Source of the DNA: Takakia lepidozioides
Taxonomy: Eukaryota > Plantae > Bryophyta
Direction of reading: 5' to 3'
Length of the DNA: 64,000 bases
NCBI GenBank assembly: GCA_030704615.1
Contig: CM060732.1
Location: forward strand, 39,680,001 to 39,744,000
The notes under the pieces were generated by a model. That model had not been told where the DNA came from. It saw nothing but the letters and a program-made list of their open reading frames with translations, and did not search any database. Position numbers and translations under genes: made by a program. Positions 1 to 9,873 of the stretch are shown piece by piece; positions within the stretch are counted from its first letter, which is position 1; every line of letters starts with the position of its first letter.

Positions 1-1261
1 AGGTTAAGTTGAAGAATTGTGTTGTCTTGACTTTTGGACTCCCAGCTGTCTACCGCAGATCCTATTGACACAGAGCAGATTCTGCTCCGGCCCCCGCCGT
101 TCCGTCGATGACAGCGTATCATCACGTATGAAGTGCTGAATTCTTTGGAGTCAAGCTCTGAGATGCTTACGTTTACATGCTTTAGCCCAGCATCCAGAGT
201 GGACTGCTTCAAAACTGACCTATGCTGCACTCTATTTCCTTACTTTGCTCAGAATTTTTCTGTATGGTAAAAAGTTGCTCTGTTCGCCTGTTTGTTTGGG
301 TTGGGATGCTTGCGATCATGTTGAGATCATGGGGATGAAGACTAGCCTGACAAGATGCTTATTTGAACCTTGCAGAATGGTGGAATTACTGAGTGCTTTT
401 CACAAGCAATGCAAGGAAATTCAACTTTTTCGAAAGGGTACTTTGTTATCAAATTAGTGTTCGTTTGCAGCTCAGAAGTTTACTTGTTCATGTGCCAAGA
501 GTACTGAGTTTCCAGTGTCTATCCCACAGCAATGACAGAAGGGTCAGAAGTCTCAAATTTTAGCTTCAACAGATTCCCTTGTCTTCTCAGAGTATCAAAC
601 TGTATTGTAGTCAGGTGTTTTGAATGGACCACAGAACGTGGAGGAGACGGCACATGACACCACGTGCAAGGCTTGTTTTTCTATTCCCTGTTTTCTGTGG
701 GGAGTAATTGAGCGTGTAAACTTGGGGTGCCTTATCTCACTCTCATGTCACAATTATGAAGTTGCGTTCTTCTCAAGTCCGTGTGTGTTTGCGAGGGAGA
801 GAGAGAGCTCGGATCGATGTCTTCTGGAGGTTATGCTGATGAGAATCAGTTAGTGAAGTTGCCGAAGGGGATATGGAAACTTGTAACCGATCACAACACA
901 GTAGTGACATCCACTGCTATGTAAACTTCACTTGATATTTTCTGAAGAAATAGCCACACTTGGACTGTTGTTATGTGCTCATCATGGTAGAGCCTCCACA
1001 GCTTAGAAACGTCAAAAGCCACCTGTGAGAGTTGTTATCTGGTCAGGTTTCTCTTTGGGTGAAGTTTTAATTGTACTTAACTAATAATCGTCTTGTCACA
1101 AACGGATCATACAGACCCCTGCGGTGGACTAGAGATCAGAGTTCCATATCAATGTGGTGGCATGGTAGTTACGTTGTAGTCAATTGGCCCATTAGTTTCG
1201 GTCTAGGTAAGGTACGCAGTGACACAGGTCTGTATCAAACTAGCAACCAGGACGATGACTA

Positions 1262-2433
1262 ATGTTGCAGAACGAAGTATCAACCATGCTGCCGTTGGAG
1301 GTCTACCTTGTTGAATAGATTTAGAACATAGAGGGTACCGTGTGGCCTCATACTGGTATTGAGAAGGAGAACATAGGAAGGAGGGTTTTGCATTGAAATG
1401 TGCCATTTGCATTGTGAGCCTTATTTCCCGTTCGTACATGTGCATCAGTACAGTGATGGTCTCTTTGGCCAAAATTCTTCCCTCGGTCAGTGCAGGATCA
1501 TGAAAGCAGCAGGTCGTAGCAATGTGTCTGAGTTTGCTTTGCAATACTTAGATCCAATAGTGATCAGGTTTCTGCAGTTCCAGAACATAGCAACCAAGGC
1601 AGTGAACAACGGTCTCTTGTGCTTGGATGGGCCTTCTCCAACCTTCATACACTTGTAAAGTGGCTCTGAAAAGGGAAAATGGCCTGCGCATTGCTGCAAT
1701 GTCATAAGTGTTTCCAGAACCCACATCTTATTAAGGTGCTGATTTTGTTCCACTTGACGCACTCGGTGTAGGCAATGGTGATTTTTGTAGCTACAGGTTT
1801 CTATGCATCTGAGCGGATCCTTGATTTCCTTCCTGACATTTGTTATGCCCCTGTAGTGCAACACGCCAACAGGGTGATGACCTCTTGCATCCCTATGGAA
1901 TTCCTCTCGACCTCTGTTGAGGATTTGGATGTATCAATATGCTGTACATATCTCGACTACTGAAAGCTGTGGCTTGGATTTGAAGTTCTCCATGTGTGAG
2001 TCTGTAATTCTTGCTAGGAAGTTCCACCTGTCACACCCCTTCTTGAAGGCCATGGGACAAAATTTGCATTTGGACTTCAGTGTCTACTTCTGCATCTGTG
2101 GAGATATTTCATGTTCGGATGTGTAGGGTTCGTGGAACAACCCAGCCTTGGGCAAGGAGATCTTCCTACAATGCTAGTATCATGGTTGCATCAGAAGTCC
2201 TGGTCAATCTCCTACAGGATGTATCTGATTTCTACAGGGAGGAATTCGCTACAAAATTGCAGAGTAGTGGTTGTCAAATAGCAAGAATGTAACATGCTGT
2301 TCATGGTCCCCCAAAGGCGATGGTGCACATCCAGGATTGGCCTTGTAGACAGGAGAATCTCATGAGCGATACTTTCTTCCTTGAGAGATGAGTATCCTGC
2401 AAGCCACTTAGTGCGAGAAAACTTTCCAACCAT
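1262..2433 (-). pseudogene. Unidentified degenerate coding-like relic
   Basis: Overlapping minus-strand ORF fragments (2212-2433, 1487-1864, 1203-1544) with protein-like composition that seem to chain by frameshifts; no family recognised. Confidence 0.25.
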
Positions 2434-2886
2434 CTCTTCTTCCCGGAGTGACGTCTGTAAATCGGTAGGGAAGATCCTCTGAGCAGATAACTAACTCCAC
2501 CGATTACTCATGAGCCGTTACGGCGTTGAAGAATGCGTCTGGAAAAGATGCTCTAGTGAAACACATGCTCAATGATCTGCAGATAATGACGACACAGATG
2601 AAGTGCTGGGAAGTGAAGTGGTGAGGTAACGAGATGCAGCCTCTCCTTTTGCTGCGGGCTTGTGGCGTCTGGCGACTGGACAGAATGGAAGAGAGAGAGA
2701 GAGAAATTGATATGTCTCGGGGGAAGATGAGGAAAGAGACTTATGGAATGGAGCAGCAATCATGGTTCTCACCTCTGCGTGATCCTTGAAGCTGGATGAT
2801 CTTTTCCAACATTGTTGCAGTCCTCGGGGTTCGAAGTGCACGGACCCAGAAGTATCTACTGCTTTTCTCCTCACTGAATCCTGAGG

Positions 2887-5800
2887 ATGGCAGCGTGTTC
2901 CGGCGTTATCCTGAGCGTGCATGCAGACTCCTTACCCAATGCCCTGTGTTCGCGTTTCGGTCATGCGAGACGCCTCAGATCATGCAGCAGATTAAGGGGC
3001 TGGGCTGTGAAGCTGAAATCAGCCTCCCCGTTCGCAATGCGCCAAGATCGGAGTCCCTTGCAAGTGGTGGCTATGGCGCCTCCGAAACCTTCAGGGGTGC
3101 AACTGAAATTAGGTAGTAACACGAAACACTTTGCGGTTTCGATTCTTGGAGCCCTGTGTTTGTATGCCCCGGCTTGTAATTGCATAATCCACCGTAGTCT
3201 GGCTAAGAAGCAAGAAAACCACACAGGATAGTCAGACAAGGGCTGTAATTTGTATATCTGGCACGTAGGCCAACGCTGGAGCATGGAACAGCGCTGGCAG
3301 GAGTTCTTTAAAGATCCGTCACAATGGTGGGACTACAGCGTTCACAAGGTGAGCTGTCTTCATCTAGTATGTGAAGGAGTCTGAGGGAGCTTGGATGACT
3401 CTGGTATTTTAAAATTGTGGATTGGATTGCACCCCTAGTTGGTGAGGGAAGGTATGATCTCGGTTTGTTCTGCAAAAACTGCTCTTACTGTCAGTATAGT
3501 ATGTTCCTCATTCTAAGCAGGGCATGAAAGTAGGTTCCGAACTTCTTTCCCTGGGTTTGTTCAGAAGGTTGATGGCTGTGGCTTGGTTAAACTGTGGCTG
3601 CTCAGCTGGTCCCTGGTGGTTTTCACAGACCAATCCAAAATCTCCGGACTACAGACATAAGCAGAGCAGACAAGAGGTCCTGTGGATTGAGGGTTGGTTC
3701 CATCCTCCTTGGGTGAAAGAAAAGCTAACTGCCATGGCACAAGGTCGAGCTGTGAAGATATCAGAGTGCGGTTCTGATTCTGGTGTGCATGATGGAGCTC
3801 CTTCAAAATTTGGAGATGATAGTGAGTATGACTCGCAGTGAGCCTAATTTGAGGGTAGCCTTTTCATGAGAAGCTTGTCTAGCCTCCGTAAGGGTTTATA
3901 CTTGTTTGTATTTTCCTCTCGTGTAACGTCAAATAGCCCTGTGTGACTTGCATGAATGTTTGTGAAAACTGCACTAGCACTGTTCCATAAAGGAACGTGT
4001 TGAAGTGTTGATGCTGTTGGAGTTGCAGGCACGAAGGTCAACCATGGAGCATGGAACAGCGCTGGCATGAATTTTTTAAAGATTCCTCAGGATGGTGGGA
4101 CAACCGCAATGGCAAGGTGTGGCTTTCTTCATGTATGATGTGAAGAAGTTTGTCATTCCTGCAGAAGTGGCTCTTCCTGTCAGAATCATAAGTTGTCCTC
4201 CAAAGCAAGCCATGTAAATACAGTGTCAAGGATTTTCCTATTTACAAGGTACTTGGGAGGGTTGGATTGGTCTTAGGAGCTTGTGTTTAAAACTATAGCT
4301 GTTCAGCTGCACTGTGGTATGTTTTACAGACCAATCCAAGATCACCGGACTATAGACATAAGCAGCAGACACATGAGGTCCTTTGGATTGAGGGTTGGTT
4401 GAATCCTCCTCAGGTGAAAGTAAAACTAGCTGCTTTCATGACACAAGGTCGAGGACTACGTGGTGAGGATACCTCCTTCTTCAACACATTTAGTCTTGTT
4501 CTGTCCTCCTATCAGATTCATTCAAAAATGGAAAACAGAGATGAGGAGAAGCTTTGGAAGGAGTATTTTTTGAAGCCCAGTCAATGGTGGGACAATGGAG
4601 GCAGAAAGGTGAATGTCTGTCATTTACAGAAGGAAGCAGACAACATTTGCATTGAAAAGCTCCCTTGCAAATTGTCATACTCCCTCTGCTCCCAACACAT
4701 CTTTTAAGTTTTGTGAGCAATTCAACTTAGTAACTAGTGTGTGGTAAATAGGTTTGGGGTTTTTGCTAGATACATTTTAGGTCTCAGCTTCTAGCAGCAA
4801 GGGAAGGATCTGTACAGTACTGTTGCCAAGGCAGGGATAGCTGAAGGAGGCGGGAATGAATTGTGGGTCCAGATCCATCCGAAAGGGCCAGATTTCAAGC
4901 ACAAGAGTACGGATGAGCCACTGTGGATTGATATCTACAAGAAACCTGCATGCATAGATGGTCAACTGGAAGCAACAGTGGCAGCACAGTTAATAAAATC
5001 AGGCAACTCCACCTTGACCACCTCTTCAGAAAGAGGACGAAGACAGGGAGGCCACAAGATCTCTTCTGGCACCTGTGGGCATGTGAGGACACTATGCGAG
5101 GCAGGACAACTGAAAGAGGCTCTGTGCAGTTTGAACCAAGGAGGCATTTCAGCAGATTCCACTACTTATGTCTGTCTTTTAAATAAGTGCATCAAGATGA
5201 AAGGCCTAGCAGTAGGAAAGCAGGTGCATGCCCACATTATCCAAAGTGGATTCAAGCCAAACATGTTTCTGTACAACACCCTTGTCAACATGTATGTCAA
5301 ATGTGGGAGCATAATGGATGCACGCCAAGTGTTCGACAAAATGCCTGAACGAGGTTTGATCACGTGGAACACATTGATGGCAGGATATGCCAAGCATGGG
5401 TGTGGTAGGAATGCCTTGGAGACATATGAGCAAATGATACAAGAAGGGGTGATGCCCAACCAGGTCACATTCATTTGCGTTCTCAAGGCGTGTGCCTGCC
5501 TGGCAGCCCTGGAAAAGGCCAAAGAGATCCATGCTGACATCATGAAAGCTGGAATTGTACCAAATATGAACCTGAGTACTACCCTTGTGGACATTTATGC
5601 CAAATGCGGGAGCATTGAAGACGCAAAAGGAGTGTTTGACAATATGGCTGAACGAGATGTGGTATCATGGAGTGCGATGATAGCAGGATATGCCCAGCAT
5701 GGATGCGGGATGGAGGCGTTGGAGATGTATGAGCAAATGATGCACGAAGGTGTGACACCCAACCAGGTCACATTCCTTTGCATTCTAAAAGCGTGTGCCA

Positions 5801-7746
5801 GCCTGGCAGCCCTGGCCAAGGGCAAAGCCGTCCATGCTGATATCATGAAAGCTGGAATAGTGTCGAATATTTTCTTAGACAATACCCTTGTGGATATGTA
5901 TGCCAAATGTGGGAGCATCAAGGATGCAAAGGGAGTGTTCAACAACATGGCTGAACGAGATGTGGTGTCATGGAGTGTGATGATCACAGGATATGTCCAG
6001 CATGGGTGCGGGATGGAGGCATTGGAGACCTATGAGCAAATGATGCGAGAAAGGGTGAAGCCGGACCAGGTCACATTTGTTTGTGTTTGCAATGCATGTG
6101 CGAGCTTGGCAGCCCTAGAAAAGGGCAAAGAGGTCCATTCTGACATCATGAAAGCTGGAATTGACCCAGATGTCATTCTGAACAATACCCTGGTGGACAT
6201 GTATGCCAAATGCGGGAGCATCAAGGATGCAAAGGGAGTGTTCGACAATATGGCTGAACGAGATGTGGTGTCCTGGAGTGCTATGATTGGAGGATATTCC
6301 CAGCACGGGTGTGGGATGGAGGCTTTGAGGACCTACGAGAAAATGATCCGGGAAGGGGTGAAGCCAGACCAGGTCACTTTCCTTTGCATTTGCAATGCCT
6401 GTGCAGGCGTGGCAGACCTGGAAAAGGGCAGAGTGGTTCATGCTGACATCATAAAAGCTGGAATTGTACCAGATGTCATTCTGAACAACACCCTTGTGGA
6501 CATGTATGCCAAATGCGGGAGCCTCAAGGATGCAAAGGGGCTGTTCGACAATATGGCAGAACGAAATGTGGTGTCATGGAATGCGATGATCACAGGATAT
6601 GCCCAGCATGGATGCGGAATGGATGCTTTGGAGACCTATGAGCAAATGATCCGGGAAGGGGTGAAGCCAGACCAGGTCACTTTCCTTTGCGTTTGCAATG
6701 CGTGTGCAGGGAGGGCAGCCCTGGAAAAGGGCAGAGGGGTCCATGCTGATATCGTGAAAGCTGGAATTGTACCAGATGTCATTCTGAACAACACCCTCGT
6801 GGACATGTACGCCAAATGTGGGAGCATTGAGGATGCACAGGGAGTGTTCAACAAAATGGCTGAACGAAATGTAGTGTCATGGAACACAATGATAGGAGGA
6901 TATGCCCAGCATGGATGCGGAATGGAGGGTTTGGAGACCTATGAGCAAATGATGGGCGAAGAGGTGAAGCCAGATCAGGTCACCTTCATTTGCGTTTGCA
7001 ATGCATGTGCGTGCCTGGCGGCCCTGGAAAAGGGCAGAGAGGTCCATGCTGACATCATGAAAGCTGGAATTGTACCAGATGTCATTCTTAACAATACCCT
7101 TGTGGACATGTATGCCAAATGTGGGAGCATTGATGATGCCAAGGGAGTGTTCAACAGTATGGCTGAACGAAATGTGGTGTCATGGAATGCCATGATTGCA
7201 GGATATGCCCAGCATGGTGGTCATAAGGACGCTATGCAACTATTTGAAGGAATGCAAAAGGAAGGCTTGAAGCCGAATGATATCACTTTTATATGTGTTC
7301 TCCAAGCATGTAGTCATGGGGGTCTAGTGGATGAAGGGAGATACTACTTTGATTCCCTGCATCGAGATCATGGCCTGACTCCTACAATGGAGCACTTTGG
7401 CTGCATGGTGGACCTCCTTGGCCGTGCAGGGCGATTAGATGAGGCTGAGGACTTCATCAACAAAATGCCGGTCCAACCAGATGCTGTGGTATGGAAGGCC
7501 TTGCTAGGTGCCTGCAGAAATTATGGGAATGTGGAGGTGGCAGAACGTGTGGCCAAATCTATTCTCAAGTGGGATCAACAGGACACCACAACTTATGAAT
7601 TGCTATCAATTATCTATGCTGCAGCTGGCAGGTGGGACGATACTGCAAAGGTGAGGAAAATGATGCAATTCAGAGGTGTCAGGAAGCAGCCAGGTCGCTG
7701 CTCCATTGACTTTGGTAAACGGGTCCACATATTTGGTGGTAGATGA
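2887..7746 (+). CDS. Plastid-targeted PLS-class PPR protein (E+/truncated DYW) with three N-terminal OSB-type PDF motifs; exons ~2887-3112, 3269-3348, 3629-3837, 4029-4116, 4330-4608, 4873-7746
   Basis: All joins are GT..AG and frame-compatible (phases 1,0,2,0,0; the third intron has an alternative phase-1 solution 3822-4036). Exon 1 MAACSGVILS...SPLQVVAMAPP is Ser/Arg/Ala-rich with a VVA-MA cleavage-like site. Three copies of W.EFF.DPS.WWD....K|.NP.SPD(Y/F)(R/K)HK....(V/P)LWI. Then L,S,(P-L-S)x6,P2,L2,S2,E1,E2 and a PG box before the stop. Confidence 0.85.
5350..7170 (+). repeat. Six highly similar 303-bp P-L-S PPR triplets
   Basis: 101-aa units ([14 protein letters not shown] / QVTF.C.CNACA / [16 protein letters not shown]) recur at about a 303-nt period. 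Confidence 0.9.
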
Positions 7747-8170
7747 CAACTTCTATCCACAAATTAGGAAATCCATGCTGAGCTGAGAAGATTGTCTGGG
7801 CACATGAAGGAGGTGGGGTATGTGCCTGACACACTTTTTTTTTGCATGATGTGGAGGAGGAGCAAAAGAAATTTCTCTTTGCCACCACATTCCCGCTCAA
7901 ACTGGGCGTGGGGTCAATGGCCACAAGGCTACGGCAAACAACGTCTTATGAGTACAATCTTTGCCACCACAGCAAGGTGGCCATTGCTTTTGGGCGGATG
8001 AGTACGGCACCAGGGACACCTATTTTGATTCATCAAGAACCTTTGAATGTGTGGTGACTGGCACACGGCCACCAAGTTCACCTCAAAGATTGTTCGGCGA
8101 GCAATTGTTGAACAGGATACCAGCCGCTTTCACCACTTTGAAGATGGGTTTGTTCTTGTGGGTATAGTGA
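7747..8170 (+). pseudogene. Disrupted DYW cytidine-deaminase domain of the + PPR gene
   Basis: Aligns to the paralog's DYW (GYVPDT, HDVEEEQK, HHS.K.AI.FG, CGD.H...[16 protein letters not shown]) but has several 1-nt frameshifts, an 82-bp insertion, HSEKLA changed to HSKVA (catalytic Glu lost) and no terminal DYW. Confidence 0.9.
7876..7971. mobile_element. 68-bp insertion (7890-7957) flanked by a 14-bp direct repeat (putative TSD)
   Basis: TCTTTGCCACCACA at 7876-7889 and 7958-7971; the paralog has one copy of the site and no insert. Confidence 0.7.
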
Positions 8171-9585
8171 ATTGATGTTGTGAGTGGCTTGCTTCATTTA
8201 TTAAAAGCATCCAGCTGCTTGGTTCATTCGCCAATGCCCTGGGAATGTCGACTATGACATACTGTTAAAGGCATTTCCTCCTCCCTGGCATAACAACGCA
8301 ACACGAGCTGATTATGGAGTCTACCCACCAGGAGGTGGAAACTAAACCCCGAGATTGCGCTTTGCACCCACATGATCAAAAGCCATCTGATTACAGGCAT
8401 CAGATCATGCTAGGAACTAAAATGTGTGTGCCTGCATTGCTGCTTGAGCTCCCAATTTGACCACAGATATGACACATGGCTCTCATTGGATCACATAATT
8501 GTATCTCATACAAGAGAAAGAAAGATACTGCAAACATTTTCCTTACCAACAGGAAGCTGGGCAGAGTCTCCTTTGTGGGAATGATCTTCACTCTACCTGG
8601 GAAAGGTATTTGTTATATGATCTGTAGTCATGCTTGGTTGGGTAGTTGTGCCTGGCCTGTGCATAACCAGGGTGATCCTGGGCGGAACACATCCCACCCT
8701 TAGAGTTGAGCATCACACCAAATCACAAGGCAAAGTGGTTCATGTCGTGACAATGTACATTGTCACAGCCAAAGGAGGAGGAGTCTACATCTCCCTCTCA
8801 TTATTCACACATCAATTAGTTTGGTGTAATTGTATTAATATTAATTGAACCAACATGATGGATCAAGAGATTCACCCAAAAGTTTTTGGGTCCAAATTTG
8901 AGATATTGGACAGTTACTGGAAGCAAGAGATTTAGAAAGATTTGCTTTACGTGTTGTGGATATTGGATATTTAGGAGATCTTGCCGCTTGTTTGAGATTA
9001 GTACCTCAAGTACTTATTGAGAACACTGGGAATCATGCCAGCAATTGACACCTGCTTCGGGACACTTGCAGTATCGTCGATTGTTGCATGAAACTATGTA
9101 CAATTGTGCATACTGGACAATTGTTTCATACATGCACCCAAATCTGGTCTCGAACTGTAGACAATTGGACTGTCCCCCAAACTTGAACTCCAACATGCAC
9201 AAACCAATGTTATATTGTGAGGGAGTCATGCACATCCAATTCATGCTGCATCAATCAAGAACAGAAAACCCAAATACCCTTACGATCACTATGTGAAGTT
9301 TCAAGCCACCATGGGATTGGATCTGGGTGGTCTACCACCCACACCAGATTAGCATAGCACTCTGATTTCCTTCCACTATCACCAGAGTCAGTCGAAATCC
9401 CCCCTTTACTCATTACCTGCTCCAGTCAACTGCAAGTATGGGCTGACTTCCCACCTATGCTGGGTGGACCCCACTACCATTTCCTGTAGTGCCCTCAACA
9501 GTACATGATGGTCAATATTCTCTGGAAATGGTGGATGAACTGAAGAGCTACACAGATCAATGAATGAAGCAAGACACTCGCATCT

Positions 9586-9873
9586 TTCCAGAAAAAAATG
9601 GTTCACCAGTAATCCCAGCAAGAACAAACCCCATCTTCAAAGTGGTGAAACCGGTTAGCATCACGTAGAACAATTGCGCGGCCAACAATCTTTGAGATGA
9701 ACTTGGTGGAGGTGTGGCAGTCACCACAATGTTCCAGAAAAAATTGTTTCACCAGTAATCCCCGCAAGAACAAACCCCATCTTCAAAGTGGTGAAAGCGG
9801 TTAGCATCCCGTACAACAATTGCGCGGCCAACAATCTTTGAGATGAACTTGGTGGAGGTGTGGCAGTCACCAC
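9586..9873 (-). repeat. ~146-bp tandem duplication of the DYW C-terminus and stop codon
   Basis: 9586-9728 is a near-identical copy of 9732-9873; the distal copy reads [41 protein letters not shown], out of frame and 20 nt past the stop. Confidence 0.9.

Noticed and set aside
46-535. Possible 3' exons of an upstream + strand gene (e.g. 376-437, 471-535)
   Set aside because: Splice-like signals exist but the peptides are short and unrecognisable; cannot be supported.
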